A stretch of 63,272 bases of DNA, counting the filler. It is 12 parts of 12 records of this genome, joined end to end, with 100 filler letters (N's around TTAATTAATTAA, not from the genome) between each part and the next. Parts side by side here need not be neighbours in the genome. Positions count along the whole stretch, not along the records: positions 1 to 6,883 come from SRR11831586_1694; positions 6,984 to 9,227 come from SRR11831586_1695; positions 9,328 to 20,441 come from SRR11831586_1696; 9 more parts are not named here. One strand, written 5' to 3'. Under the pieces are notes generated by a model that had not been told where the DNA came from, did no database searches, and saw only the letters and a program-made list of their open reading frames with translations. Shown here in pieces: positions 1 to 11,501 of the stretch (the first letter of the stretch is position 1; the number at the start of each line of letters is the position of its first letter). The position numbers and the translations under genes are program-made.

Positions 1-104
1 CCTAACAGGCACAACACTGCACAATAAAGTTGCAGACGATAACAACACAAACACTCACAACGGGTATCCATGCGTTCTTAACGCAGAAGATAAAGGAGTT
101 GGAT

Positions 105-1013
105 ATGCAATTACGTAAACCTGCCACAGCAATCCTCGCCCTGGCGCTTTCCGCAGGACTGGCACAGGCAGATGACGCCGCCCCGGCAGCGGGCAGTACT
201 CTGGACAAAATCGCCAAAAACGGTGTGATTGTCGTCGGTCACCGTGAATCTTCAGTGCCTTTCTCTTATTACGACAATCAGCAAAAAGTGGTGGGTTACT
301 CGCAGGATTACTCCAACGCCATTGTTGAAGCAGTGAAAAAGAAACTCAACAAACCGGACTTGCAGGTAAAACTGATTCCGATTACCTCACAAAACCGTAT
401 TCCACTGCTGCAAAACGGCACTTTCGATTTTGAATGTGGTTCTACCACCAACAACGTCGAACGCCAAAAACAGGCGGCTTTCTCTGACACTATTTTCGTG
501 GTCGGTACGCGCCTGTTGACCAAAAAGGGTGGCGATATCAAAGATTTTGCCAACCTGAAAGACAAAGCCGTAGTCGTCACTTCCGGCACTACCTCTGAAG
601 TTTTGCTCAACAAACTGAATGAAGAGCAAAAAATGAATATGCGCATCATCAGCGCCAAAGATCACGGTGACTCTTTCCGCACCCTGGAAAGCGGTCGTGC
701 CGTTGCCTTTATGATGGATGACGCTCTGCTGGCCGGTGAACGTGCGAAAGCGAAGAAACCAGACAACTGGGAAATCGTCGGCAAGCCGCAGTCTCAGGAG
801 GCCTACGGTTGTATGTTGCGTAAAGATGATCCGCAGTTCAAAAAGCTGATGGATGACACCATCGCTCAGGTGCAGACCTCCGGTGAAGCGGAAAAATGGT
901 TTGATAAGTGGTTCAAAAATCCAATTCCGCCGAAAAACCTGAACATGAATTTCGAACTGTCAGACGAAATGAAAGCACTGTTCAAAGAACCGAATGACAA
1001 GGCACTGAACTAA
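105..1013 (+). CDS. gltI: Glutamate/aspartate ABC transporter periplasmic binding protein
   Basis: ATG at 105 after AAGGAG; signal peptide MQLRKPATAILALALSAGLAQA; 302 aa family-3 solute-binding protein; first gene of gltIJKL. Confidence 0.97.
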   Translation: MQLRKPATAILALALSAGLAQADDAAPAAGSTLDKIAKNGVIVVGHRESSVPFSYYDNQQKVVGYSQDYSNAIVEAVKKKLNKPDLQVKLIPITSQNRIPLLQNGTFDFECGSTTNNVERQKQAAFSDTIFVVGTRLLTKKGGDIKDFANLKDKAVVVTSGTTSEVLLNKLNEEQKMNMRIISAKDHGDSFRTLESGRAVAFMMDDALLAGERAKAKKPDNWEIVGKPQSQEAYGCMLRKDDPQFKKLMDDTIAQVQTSGEAEKWFDKWFKNPIPPKNLNMNFELSDEMKALFKEPNDKALN

Positions 1014-1170
1014 TTACAAGAACCAGGGGCGGAAATTCCAGCCCTCTCGATTGTTACGTAGCACGGACAGACTATACGCCTGATGGTCGTTCCCCATCGG
1101 GCCTGAAAACCGCAATACGCTGGGTAACAATCTTCGAGGGTAGCAGTTAACGCTGCTACCCTCTTTTTTC
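1009..1170 (+). ncRNA. sroC: SroC sRNA (GcvB sponge) from the gltI 3' end / gltI-gltJ spacer; ends approximate
   Basis: Lies between gltI and gltJ and ends in a terminator hairpin; known E. coli/Salmonella locus. Confidence 0.75.
1136..1170 (+). terminator. Intra-operonic intrinsic terminator between gltI and gltJ
   Basis: GAGGGTAGCAG-ttaacg-CTGCTACCCTC followed by TTTTTT. Confidence 0.9.
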
Positions 1171-1182
1171 TGGAGTAGATTT

Positions 1183-1923
1183 ATGTCTATAGACTGGAAC
1201 TGGGGTATTTTTTTACAACAAGCCCCGTTCGGCAACACCACCTATCTTGGTTGGATCTGGAGTGGTTTTCAGGTGACGATCGCTTTGTCGATCTGCGCCT
1301 GGATTATCGCTTTCCTCGTCGGTTCATTTTTCGGCATTTTACGTACCGTTCCAAACCGTTTTCTCTCTGGTCTGGGTACGTTGTATGTCGAACTGTTCCG
1401 CAACGTGCCGTTGATTGTGCAATTCTTTACCTGGTATCTGGTGATCCCGGAGCTGCTGCCGGAGAAAATCGGCATGTGGTTTAAGGCCGAGCTGGATCCC
1501 AATATTCAGTTTTTCCTTTCATCCATGCTCTGCCTGGGGCTGTTTACCGCCGCCCGTGTTTGCGAACAGGTACGCGCCGCGATTCAGTCGCTGCCGCGAG
1601 GGCAAAAAAATGCCGCGCTGGCGATGGGCCTGACGCTACCGCAGGCTTATCGATACGTACTGCTGCCTAATGCTTATCGCGTTATCGTCCCGCCGATGAC
1701 CTCAGAGATGATGAACCTGGTGAAAAACTCCGCCATCGCCTCGACTATCGGTCTGGTGGATATGGCGGCGCAGGCGGGTAAATTGCTCGATTACTCAGCC
1801 CATGCCTGGGAGTCGTTTACCGCCATTACGCTGGCGTATGTGTTGATTAACGCTTTTATCATGCTGGTGATGACGCTGGTTGAACGTAAAGTTCGCCTGC
1901 CTGGCAACATGGGGGGCAAATAA
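1183..1923 (+). CDS. gltJ: Glutamate/aspartate ABC transporter permease
   Basis: 246 aa HisM-type permease; operon context. Confidence 0.96.
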
Positions 1924-2597
1924 TGTACGAGTTTGACTGGAGTTCCATTGTCCCTTCCCTGCCATATCTGCTCGACGGGCTGGTGATCACCCTGAAAATC
2001 ACCGTCACGGCGGTAGTGATTGGTATTTTGTGGGGCACGATGCTGGCGGTGATGCGTTTATCCAGCTTTGCGCCCGTGGCGTGGTTTGCCAAAGCCTACG
2101 TTAACGTATTCCGCTCGATTCCTTTAGTTATGGTTTTGCTGTGGTTTTACCTGATCGTGCCGGGTTTTCTGCAAAACGTGCTGGGATTATCGCCAAAAAA
2201 TGATATCCGTTTAATTTCGGCGATGGTGGCGTTTTCGATGTTTGAAGCGGCCTACTATTCAGAGATTATCCGTGCTGGTATTCAAAGTATTTCTCGTGGT
2301 CAATCGAGCGCCGCGCTGGCGTTGGGAATGACTCACTGGCAGTCGATGAAACTGATTATTCTGCCGCAGGCGTTCCGCGCGATGGTGCCGCTGCTGCTCA
2401 CTCAGGGCATCGTACTGTTCCAGGATACCTCACTGGTGTATGTGTTATCCCTGGCCGATTTCTTCCGTACCGCCTCAACCATTGGTGAGCGTGATGGTAC
2501 GCAGGTTGAGATGATCCTGTTTGCCGGATTTGTTTATTTCGTTATTAGTCTTAGCGCGTCGTTGTTGGTCAGCTACTTGAAAAGAAGGACAGCATAA
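1923..2597 (+). CDS. gltK: Glutamate/aspartate ABC transporter permease
   Basis: 224 aa permease, overlaps gltJ stop (TAATG). Confidence 0.96.
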
Positions 2598-3322
2598 TGA
2601 TTACCCTGAAAAATGTTTCAAAATGGTATGGTCACTTTCAGGTGCTGACCGACTGCTCAACCGAAGTGAAAAAAGGCGAAGTGGTGGTGGTTTGCGGCCC
2701 GTCTGGTTCCGGCAAATCAACGCTGATTAAAACCGTCAACGGCCTCGAACCGGTGCAGCAAGGTGAAATCACCGTCGATGGTATCGTGGTTAACGACAAG
2801 AAAACCGATCTGGCAAAGCTGCGTTCCCGCGTCGGGATGGTATTCCAGCATTTCGAGCTGTTCCCTCATCTGTCGATTATCGAAAACCTGACCCTGGCGC
2901 AGGTGAAAGTGCTTAAACGCGATAAAGCGCCGGCTCGTGAAAAAGCCCTGAAACTGCTGGAGCGTGTCGGGCTTTCTGCTCACGCCAATAAGTTTCCGGC
3001 GCAGCTTTCCGGCGGTCAGCAGCAGCGTGTGGCAATCGCTCGCGCGTTGTGTATGGATCCTATTGCGATGCTGTTTGACGAACCGACATCGGCGCTGGAT
3101 CCGGAGATGATCAACGAAGTACTGGACGTGATGGTGGAACTGGCGAACGAAGGAATGACCATGATGGTGGTGACCCACGAAATGGGCTTTGCCCGTAAAG
3201 TGGCGAATCGGGTGATCTTTATGGACGAGGGTAAAATTGTCGAAGACTCGCCGAAAGACGCTTTCTTCGATGATCCGAAATCGGACCGCGCAAAAGACTT
3301 CCTCGCGAAAATCCTGCATTAA
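2597..3322 (+). CDS. gltL: Glutamate/aspartate ABC transporter ATPase
   Basis: Walker A GPSGSGKS, signature LSGGQQQR, Walker B MLFDEPT. Confidence 0.97.
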   Translation: MITLKNVSKWYGHFQVLTDCSTEVKKGEVVVVCGPSGSGKSTLIKTVNGLEPVQQGEITVDGIVVNDKKTDLAKLRSRVGMVFQHFELFPHLSIIENLTLAQVKVLKRDKAPAREKALKLLERVGLSAHANKFPAQLSGGQQQRVAIARALCMDPIAMLFDEPTSALDPEMINEVLDVMVELANEGMTMMVVTHEMGFARKVANRVIFMDEGKIVEDSPKDAFFDDPKSDRAKDFLAKILH

Positions 3323-3439
3323 TCACTCTGGCGCGCATACCCAATTGCGCGCCATCTCACGCTTTATCGTTTCGCCCCTCGTATCTGTTACATCCTGGCG
3401 TTACCCTTGTCGCAAAGAAGCACACAACAAGGAGCAACA

Positions 3440-4375
3440 ATGGCACTGCCAATTCTGTTAGATTGCGACCCAGGTCATGACGACGCTATCGCAATAGTTC
3501 TCGCCCTCGCCTCACCAGAGCTTGATGTCAAAGCAATTACGTCTTCCGCCGGAAACCAGACACCAGAAAAAACCTTACGCAATGTTCTGCGTATGCTGAC
3601 CTTGCTTAATCGCACCGATATTCCGGTAGCAGGCGGCGCGGTAAAACCGTTAATGCGTGAGTTGATTATCGCGGACAATGTGCACGGCGAAAGCGGTCTC
3701 GACGGCCCGGCATTACCGGAACCGACATTCGCACCGCAAAACTGTACGGCGGTAGAGCTGATGGCGAAAACGCTGCGTGAAAGTGCGGAACCTGTCACCA
3801 TTGTGTCTACCGGACCGCAAACTAACGTTGCCTTGCTGCTCAATAGCCATCCGGAACTGCATAGCAAAATTGCCCGTATCGTGATTATGGGTGGCGCTAT
3901 GGGGCTGGGTAACTGGACGCCTGCGGCTGAATTTAATATTTACGTTGACCCGGAAGCGGCAGAAATTGTCTTCCAGTCAGGGATCCCGGTGGTGATGGCC
4001 GGTCTGGATGTTACTCATAAAGCACAAATCCACGTTGAAGACACCGAGCGTTTCCGCGCGATTGGTAACCCTGTTTCAACCATTGTTGCCGAACTGCTGG
4101 ATTTCTTCCTCGAATATCATAAAGACGAAAAATGGGGCTTTGTCGGCGCACCACTGCATGACCCATGCACCATCGCCTGGCTGTTGAAACCGGAGTTATT
4201 TACCTCTGTTGAGCGCTGGGTTGGCGTGGAAACACAGGGGAAATATACCCAGGGTATGACGGTTGTTGATTATTATTATCTGACAGGCAATAAACCGAAT
4301 GCCACCGTAATGGTCGATGTTGATCGTCAGGGCTTTGTTGATTTACTGGCTGATCGTCTGAAATTTTACGCTTAA
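3440..4375 (+). CDS. rihA: Pyrimidine-specific ribonucleoside hydrolase
   Basis: DCDPGHDD motif; ATG at 3440 after AGGAG; 311 aa. Confidence 0.96.
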
Positions 4376-4458
4376 CACACGTCATTGATTAAGATCACCA
4401 CGCGTTACCTGGGTGGTCTTAATCTGTTTATCTCTTTTTCTTTCAAGATATAAATGCA

Positions 4459-6129
4459 ATGGATAATGCAGAACTCGCCATTGGTATCGATCTCGGTACT
4501 ACCAATAGTTTAATTGCCGTCTGGAAAGACGGTGCCGCGCAATTAATTCCAAATAAGTTCGGTGAATATTTAACACCATCCATAATTAGCATGGATGAAA
4601 ATAATCATATTTTAGTCGGAAAACCGGCTGTATCACGGCGTACTTCGCATCCGGATAAAACGGCAGCGTTATTTAAACGTGCAATGGGCAGTAATACCAA
4701 CTGGCGGTTAGGCAGCGACACATTTAACGCGCCAGAACTGTCCTCTTTGGTATTACGCTCATTAAAAGAAGATGCCGAAGAATTTCTGCAACGTCCGATT
4801 AAAGATGTGGTGATCTCCGTTCCGGCTTATTTCAGCGATGAACAACGCAAGCATACCCGTTTAGCAGCGGAGTTAGCCGGGTTAAATGCGGTACGCTTAA
4901 TTAATGAACCCACAGCAGCTGCGATGGCGTATGGCCTGCATACCCAACAAAATACCCGTTCGCTGGTGTTTGATCTCGGTGGCGGCACGTTTGACGTTAC
5001 GGTGCTTGAGTACGCCACGCCGGTGATTGAAGTTCACGCCTCCGCTGGCGACAACTTTCTTGGTGGCGAAGATTTTACCCATATGCTGGTCGATGAGGTT
5101 TTAAAACGCGCGGATGTCGCCAGGACCACGCTTAACGAGAGTGAACTGGCAGCCTTGTACGCCTGTGTGGAAGCGGCAAAATGTAGCAATCAATCGCCAT
5201 TGCACATTCGCTGGCAGTATCAGGAAGAAACGCGGGAATGCGAATTTTACGAGAACGAACTGGAAGATTTGTGGTTGCCGCTGCTCAATCGCTTGCGAGT
5301 GCCGATTGAACAGGCGTTGCGCGATGCGCGTCTGAAGCCGAGTCAAATCGACAGTCTGGTGCTGGTTGGCGGCGCGTCACAAATGCCGCTGGTGCAGCGA
5401 ATCGCCGTGCGTCTGTTTGGCAAATTACCGTATCAAAGTTACGATCCGAGCACCATTGTCGCGCTGGGCGCAGCAATCCAGGCCGCCTGCCGCTTACGCA
5501 GTGAAGATATTGAAGAGGTAATCCTCACTGATATTTGCCCTTACTCGTTGGGCGTTGAAGTTAACCGCCAGGGCGTTTCCGGCATTTTCTCGCCGATTAT
5601 TGAACGAAACACCACTGTGCCCGTGTCGCGTGTAGAAACTTATTCAACCATGCACCCGGAACAGGATTCAATTACGGTTAACGTCTATCAGGGAGAAAAC
5701 CACAAAGTTAAAAACAACATTCTGGTGGAATCCTTCGATGTGCCGTTGAAGAAAACCGGGGCTTATCAGTCGATTGATATTCGCTTTAGTTATGATATCA
5801 ACGGGTTGCTTGAAGTTGACGTGCTTCTGGAAGACGGCAGCGTTAAGTCCAGAGTGATTAACCACAGCCCGGTAACATTGAGCGCGCAGCAGATTGAAGA
5901 GAGTCGGACGCGGTTATCCGCATTGAAAATTTATCCGCGCGATATGCTCATCAATCGCACCTTTAAAGCCAAACTGGAAGAGTTGTGGGCGCGGGCGCTG
6001 GGTGACGAGCGAGAAGAGATCGGCCGGGTGATCACCGATTTTGATGCGGCGTTGCAGTCAAACGATATGGCCCGCGTGGATGAAGTTCGGCGGCGGGCGA
6101 GCGATTATTTAGCCATTGAGATCCCATAA
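4459..6129 (+). CDS. hscC: Hsp70-family chaperone HscC (Hsc62)
   Basis: IGIDLGTTNS and DLGGGTFDV Hsp70 motifs; 556 aa. Confidence 0.96.
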   Translation: MDNAELAIGIDLGTTNSLIAVWKDGAAQLIPNKFGEYLTPSIISMDENNHILVGKPAVSRRTSHPDKTAALFKRAMGSNTNWRLGSDTFNAPELSSLVLRSLKEDAEEFLQRPIKDVVISVPAYFSDEQRKHTRLAAELAGLNAVRLINEPTAAAMAYGLHTQQNTRSLVFDLGGGTFDVTVLEYATPVIEVHASAGDNFLGGEDFTHMLVDEVLKRADVARTTLNESELAALYACVEAAKCSNQSPLHIRWQYQEETRECEFYENELEDLWLPLLNRLRVPIEQALRDARLKPSQIDSLVLVGGASQMPLVQRIAVRLFGKLPYQSYDPSTIVALGAAIQAACRLRSEDIEEVILTDICPYSLGVEVNRQGVSGIFSPIIERNTTVPVSRVETYSTMHPEQDSITVNVYQGENHKVKNNILVESFDVPLKKTGAYQSIDIRFSYDINGLLEVDVLLEDGSVKSRVINHSPVTLSAQQIEESRTRLSALKIYPRDMLINRTFKAKLEELWARALGDEREEIGRVITDFDAALQSNDMARVDEVRRRASDYLAIEIP

Positions 6130-6136
6130 ACACGGC

Positions 6137-6168
6137 TGCCGGATGCGGCGTAAACGCTGCATCCGGCA
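6137..6168. repeat. REP (palindromic unit) between convergent hscC and djlC
   Basis: TGCCGGATGCGGCGTAAACGCTGCATCCGGCA matches the REP consensus. Confidence 0.85.
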
Positions 6169-6188
6169 TCGGCGCAAAAAACACATCG

Positions 6189-6883
6189 TCAGCTAAACAA
6201 CATCGCGATTTTGCCGAGAGCATAACCTATCACCAGCACCGTTAAACTGATTTTGATAATGCTGGTAATGCTCTGTGGTTTTTCACCCTCATCATTTTTT
6301 TCTTCATGATTTTCAGGTGTTGGCTCATCGACATCTTCATCCTCCGGCTCGAGTTTCACTTTCGTCAAAAGCATCCGGGTGACAATGGCCTCTAATGGAT
6401 GAGCATCTCCGCCTTCCAGCCTTGTATTAAGACGGGCCAGCATCTCTTGTTTCGGAAACGCTTCAAGTACTACCTGTTCCGCTACCCGATACAAATCCAG
6501 GAACGGTGAATCTTGCTCTGTCTCGCTACCGACTCTCGATTTCCACCACGCCCATGCTTTGCGCTTGAAGAATAACGACTCAATAAACGATTGACCTAAC
6601 GGCGATAATTTTCCGCTATGTAAAATCTCCGCCCATAACAGCCGCGTCCGGGCGCTCTCACCAGGAACATATTTCAGCGGTTGACCTTGCGCATCTACCA
6701 TGCTCCGCGCTTCGATAACCATCACTAATAACGCGAAATAATCCGGGCAATGACGCTTGCTCCACTGCAACAACAAATTATCAGCTTGTGTAGATGGGTA
6801 ACTTTCCCAGTACGCGCAGAGATCGGCAAGCAGGCTTTCCCCCTCGCCGCAGTACAAACGTTGTGCACACAAGTAATACCGGG
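6189..6883 (-). CDS. djlC: J-domain co-chaperone DjlC, C-terminal part (5' end cut by contig end)
   Basis: Frame open to contig edge; C-terminal membrane anchor; convergent with hscC as in E. coli. Confidence 0.85.
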
Positions 6884-6983
6884 NNNNNNNNNNNNNNNNN
6901 NNNNNNNNNNNNNNNNNNNNNNNNNNNTTAATTAATTAANNNNNNNNNNNNNNNNNNNNNNNNNNNNNNNNNNNNNNNNNNNN
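6884..6983. other. Artificial contig spacer
   Basis: 44 N + TTAATTAATTAA + 44 N. Confidence 0.99.
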
Positions 6984-7009
6984 GGCCTGATAAGCGTAGC
7001 GCATCAGGC
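6984..7009. repeat. Partial REP at contig start
   Basis: GGCCTGATAAGCGTAGCGCATCAGGC. Confidence 0.8.
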
Positions 7010-7067
7010 GATTTTGCGTTTGTCATCAGACTTAATCCGGGCATGATAGCCCGGATTTCCATCAAGA

Positions 7068-7454
7068 TTAGCGACGAACAGCGATCGCTTCGATCTCAAT
7101 CTTCACGTCTTTCGGCAGACGGGCAACTTCAACGCAAGAACGTGCCGGGAAGGTGGCGTTGTGTTCGGTGAAGAAGGCTTCGTAAGTGGCGTTTACGGTT
7201 GCGAAGTCGTTCAGATCTTTTACAAACACGGTAGTTTTAACGATGTCGCCCACTTTCAGGCCAGCGGCTTCGACGATCGCTTTTACGTTATCCAGCGACT
7301 GACGTGCCTGTGCAGCGACGTCTGCCGGTACTTCGCCCGTTTTCGGATTTACCGGGATCTGACCGGAGGTGATGATCATATTGCCCAGATCAACGCCCTG
7401 TACGTAAGGACCGATAGCTGCCGGTGCATTTTCCGTCGCGATAGTTTTGCTCAT
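7068..7454 (-). CDS. ridA: 2-iminobutanoate/2-iminopropanoate deaminase RidA (YjgF)
   Basis: MSKTIATENAPAAIGPYVQG...PARSCVEVARLP; 128 aa. Confidence 0.96.
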   Translation of the reverse strand: MSKTIATENAPAAIGPYVQGVDLGNMIITSGQIPVNPKTGEVPADVAAQARQSLDNVKAIVEAAGLKVGDIVKTTVFVKDLNDFATVNATYEAFFTEHNATFPARSCVEVARLPKDVKIEIEAIAVRR

Positions 7455-7526
7455 GATTTCTCCTTTATTACAGCGGTAAAAAGTCTGGCTCATTATAGGG
7501 AGCCAGACTTTTATTACCAACCGCAA

Positions 7527-7988
7527 TTAATTGGCCAGCACCACATTATGGGAAAACTCTTTTTCACAGTATTTGCATTTGAGCGCGATATCATTGGCGC
7601 GTTTTCGCACGGCAAAGCTGGATGAAACCGGTTCGGCATGGCTGATACAGTTGCTGTTCGGGCAGACCAGCACATTGTCGATGCGCTCCGGCAGACTTGG
7701 GCGCGATTTACCCACCACTTCATAGTTGTCGATACGGTTAACCGTGGCTTGCGGCGCATACAATGCCAGTTGATCTACTTGATCTTCACTCAAAAAGGTA
7801 TTTTCGATTTTGATCAGATCTTTGCGGCCCATCTCGCCAGAAGGCAGGTTCAGACCAATGGTGATGCGCTGATCCGTTTCGGTCAGCTTGAACAGACTCA
7901 ACAGCTTAAAACCGATCTGGGCGGGGATATGGTCAATTACCGTGCCGCGTTTAATAGCTTCAACCTGCAATTTATTATCGTGTGTCAT
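7527..7988 (-). CDS. pyrI: Aspartate carbamoyltransferase regulatory chain
   Basis: 153 aa; Zn ligands CPNSNC and CKYC. Confidence 0.98.
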
Positions 7989-8000
7989 CTCTATTTCCCC

Positions 8001-8936
8001 TTACAGTACCAGATCGCGATTCAGAACCAGTGCCAGTAACGCCTGGCGAGCGAAAATCCCGTTGCCTGCCTGCTGGAAGTACCAGGCGTGTGGCGTTTTA
8101 TCAACATCCGTCGCAATCTCATCAACACGCGGCAGCGGATGCAGCACTTTCATATTGGCTTTGGCGTTGTGGAGATCGCTGGCGCGAAGAACAAACTGCG
8201 CTTTCACGTTGGCGTACTCGGACGGGTCCAGACGCTCTTTTTGCACGCGGGTCATGTACAGGATGTCTACTTCCGCCATCACTTCTTCAATAGAGCTGTG
8301 CAGACTCCATGCGATCCCTTTTTCATCGAGCATATCCAGAATGTATTGCGGCATTGCCAGCGCGTCCGGCGCGATGAAGTAAAAACGGTTGCCGTCGAAC
8401 TTCGCTAACGCCTGAGTCAGGGAGTGAACGGTGCGGCCATATTTCAGGTCACCAACCATTGCGACGTGGAGATTGTCCAGACGCCCCTGGGTTTCCTGAA
8501 TAGTGAATAAGTCCAGCAAGGTTTGCGTCGGATGTTGGTTGGAGCCATCACCGGCATTCAGTACCGGTACATTGCCGGAAAACTCGGTGGCCAGGCGCGC
8601 CGCACCTTCCTGCGGATGACGCATCACTATCGCATCGACGTAAGTGCTGATAACCGAAATGGTATCGGCCAGCGTTTCGCCCTTTTTACCCAGTGATGTA
8701 TTGGCGCTGTCGGAGAAGCCCACCACGCTGGCCCCCAGGCGGTGCATAGATGTTTCGAAAGAGAGGCGGGTACGGGTAGAGGCTTCGAAGAAACAGCTGG
8801 CAATGACTTTGTGCTTCAACAGCTCTGGTTGCGGGTTTGCTTTCAGTTTCGCCGCTGTCGCCAGCACCAGATTAAGGTCATCGCGACTAAGGTCGTTTAT
8901 GGAAATGATATGTTTCTGATATAGCGGATTAGCCAT
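8001..8936 (-). CDS. pyrB: Aspartate carbamoyltransferase catalytic chain
   Basis: [13 protein letters not shown] and HPLP motifs; 311 aa. Confidence 0.98.
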
Positions 8937-8939
8937 CTT

Positions 8940-9074
8940 TTATCTCCTGACGCCTGGGCAAAAAAAAGCCCCTCGATTGAGGGGCTGGGAATGGGTGATC
9001 AACGGGAAGAAAAACGGCAGGCCAGCGTCTTTTTTCAGACGCGGTAAGACAAAATGTCGAACACACTGAACCAT
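8940..9074 (-). CDS. pyrL: pyrBI leader peptide
   Basis: 44 aa MVQCVRHFVLPRLKKDAGLPFFFPLITHSQPLNRGAFFCPGVRR directly upstream of pyrB. Confidence 0.92.
   Translation of the reverse strand: MVQCVRHFVLPRLKKDAGLPFFFPLITHSQPLNRGAFFCPGVRR
8960..8986 (-). terminator. pyrBI attenuator
   Basis: Minus strand AGCCCCTC-aatc-GAGGGGCT plus U-run inside pyrL. Confidence 0.92.
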
Positions 9075-9086
9075 ACATCCTCCCGG

Positions 9087-9127
9087 CAAATTGTCCGGCA
9101 TTATACTCATCGTCAGAAGCGGCGCAA
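9087..9127 (-). promoter_or_regulatory. pyrBI sigma70 promoter with AATTTG initial transcribed sequence
   Basis: Minus strand TTGCGC (-35, 9122-9127), TATAAT (-10, 9100-9105), AATTTG (9087-9092), the known UTP-sensitive reiterative start. Confidence 0.8.
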
Positions 9128-9227
9128 GCATTTGATGCAATATTTTGTCAGCGCAAACGGTTTATTTGAATTAAAAGTCAAGGTATATGCATTTTTATTT
9201 GATGTGATTCTGCAGGGGAACTGTCCT

Positions 9228-9327
9228 NNNNNNNNNNNNNNNNNNNNNNNNNNNNNNNNNNNNNNNNNNNNTTAATTAATTAANNNNNNNNNNNNNNNNN
9301 NNNNNNNNNNNNNNNNNNNNNNNNNNN
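9228..9327. other. Artificial contig spacer
   Basis: 44 N + TTAATTAATTAA + 44 N. Confidence 0.99.
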
Positions 9328-9660
9328 CTGACCTTCGATAACTTCATGAGCAGCTGCGTCAGCTGTCATGTGCTTATCTTTAATCAGGGCTATGATTTCC
9401 TGCTCCAGCTCCTCATCTTCGAGCAGCATAATATGCCCTTCAAAGATGGCTTCTTTTTCTTCACCGAACGTTTCACCAGCTTTCGTTTTGATCGTTTCCA
9501 GCTGGGCTGATGCCTTGGCACGACCGCTCAGAAAACGTTCAACTTCCTGATCAACCTGGTCGGCAGAAATTTTTTTCCGGTCAATGACAATTTCGTCTTC
9601 TTTCAGAAGCAGAGCTTTACCGAAAGCGATACCCGGGGATGCTAAAATGCCTGAAATCAT
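9328..9660 (-). CDS. ptsI: PTS enzyme I, N-terminal part (cut by contig end)
   Basis: [21 protein letters not shown]; follows ptsH. Confidence 0.95.
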
Positions 9661-9704
9661 AACCCTACCTTACTTGTGACTGATTTTTAAAAGAACCCGG
9701 GAAA

Positions 9705-9962
9705 TTACTCGAGTTCCGCCATCAGTTTAACCAGATGTTCAACCGCTTTCTGCTCGTCTTCGCCTTCTGCGGAGATAGTCACAACGGTACCTTGAGTCAG
9801 GCCCAGAGTCTGCAGTTTAAACAGGCTTTTCGCGCTGGCGCTTTTGCCGTTGGAAGTCACAGTAATTTCAGAAGTGAAGCCCTTAGCTTCTTTTACAAAC
9901 TGGGCAGCAGGGCGGGTGTGCAGACCGTTCGGAGCGGTAATGGTAACTTCTTGCTGGAACAT
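9705..9962 (-). CDS. ptsH: Phosphocarrier protein HPr
   Basis: GLHTRPAA (His15), ASAKS; 85 aa. Confidence 0.98.
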
Positions 9963-10295
9963 TGTATTTCCCCAACTTATAGGTTTAGTGTTGTGGAACT
10001 AAAGTCTAGCCTGGCGGTTCGACTTTAGCCTGTATTGTTAGCGCCAGTTTTTAACAGACGCGACGCACGAAGAGCGCAATACAGTCCATTGCTGGCGGGT
10101 GTTGACCGCTGACGTTTCGTACGTCATTAAACATTATGCCGCTAAAGGAAGAATTGAACCAAATCATAAAATCGATTCAGCTTTGGCTTTTCCTGTAACG
10201 ATTAATTTCGCGCATCAAAATAATTAGTCTGGTTAAATACCAGTTCCGACAGGCTGAATCAATGCCAGGAGGGGCGAAAGTTTGAAGCAGGCCAC

Positions 10296-10323
10296 AAAAA
10301 AGCACCTAAAAAGGTGCTTTTTT
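10296..10323 (-). terminator. cysK terminator (A/T runs on both sides)
   Basis: AAAAAAGCACCT-aaaa-AGGTGCTTTTTT just past the cysK stop. Confidence 0.8.
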
Positions 10324-10345
10324 ACGCATTTTTAACAAGCTGGCA

Positions 10346-11317
10346 TTACTGTTGCAATTCTTTCTCAGTGAAGAGATCGGCAAACAATGCGGTGCTTAAA
10401 TAACGCTCACCCGATGATGGTAGAATAACCACAATATTCTTGTTGGTAAAGCTTTCATCTTCTTGTAGTTTCAACGCCGCGGCAACAGCTGCTCCAGAAG
10501 AGATACCTGCAAGAATACCTTCTTCTTCCATCAGACGACGCGCGGTAGAAATCGCTTCTTCATTGGTGATGCCAATGACTTTATCGACCAGCTTGAGATC
10601 GAGGTTAGCCGGGATAAAACCAGCGCCAATACCCTGAATTTTATGCGGGCCAGGTTTAATCTCTTCACCTGCCAGCGCCTGGGCGATAACTGGAGAATCG
10701 GTTGGCTCAACGGCGACAGAGATAAGATCGGTCTTGCCTTTGGTGCCTTTAATGTAGCGGCTGACGCCAGTCAGCGTACCGCCAGTCCCAACGCCAGCAA
10801 TAAATACATCAACCTGACCGTCGGTATCTTCCCATATCTCCGGACCGGTGGTCTTTTCGTGAATTTCAGGGTTTGCCGGATTGCTGAATTGTTGCAGCAG
10901 CAGGTATTTCTCTGGATTGCTGGCGACAATTTCTTCTGCTTTTTGGATTGCGCCTTTCATGCCTTTAGCACCTTCCGTCAGCACCAGGTTTGCACCTAAC
11001 GCTTTCAGCAGCTTGCGGCGTTCAATACTCATGGTTTCTGGCATGGTCAGGGTGAGTTTGTAACCGCGAGCGGCAGCTACATAGGCCAGTGCAATCCCGG
11101 TATTACCGCTGGTCGGTTCAACCAGTTCAACGCCTGGTTTCAGCACGCCGCGCTTTTCGGCATCCCAAATCATGTTGGCACCGATACGGCACTTAACGCT
11201 GAAGCTGGGGTTACGAGATTCCACCTTCGCCAGAATGCGTCCGTTACCGATGCGATTCAGGCGAACCAGCGGCGTGTGACCGATAGTCAGCGAGTTATCT
11301 TCAAAAATCTTACTCAT
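10346..11317 (-). CDS. cysK: Cysteine synthase A
   Basis: SFSVKCR PLP lysine, EPTSGNTG; 323 aa. Confidence 0.98.
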   Translation of the reverse strand: MSKIFEDNSLTIGHTPLVRLNRIGNGRILAKVESRNPSFSVKCRIGANMIWDAEKRGVLKPGVELVEPTSGNTGIALAYVAAARGYKLTLTMPETMSIERRKLLKALGANLVLTEGAKGMKGAIQKAEEIVASNPEKYLLLQQFSNPANPEIHEKTTGPEIWEDTDGQVDVFIAGVGTGGTLTGVSRYIKGTKGKTDLISVAVEPTDSPVIAQALAGEEIKPGPHKIQGIGAGFIPANLDLKLVDKVIGITNEEAISTARRLMEEEGILAGISSGAAVAAALKLQEDESFTNKNIVVILPSSGERYLSTALFADLFTEKELQQ

Positions 11318-11501
11318 GGCCTGTCCTTAACTGTATGAAATTGGGATACAACAGGTAGCATACCCGCTCAGAGAATATGCGGAAGTAAGGATTTAGCATA
11401 TCTATATACAGAAGGGAAATAATGACATGCAAGATGGAATAAGGGGCGGCATAAGCCACCCCTGTTTCACACAAACGGTTTACAAAATAACCGGTAGATT
11501 G

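Noticed and set aside
4459-6883. Hsp70 plus J-domain gene pair as a novel chaperone or defence system
   Set aside because: It is the described E. coli hscC-djlC locus
6928-6939. Recurring TTAATTAATTAA palindrome as a biological repeat or CRISPR-like element
   Set aside because: Always centred in exactly 44 N on each side; a synthetic six-frame-stop linker
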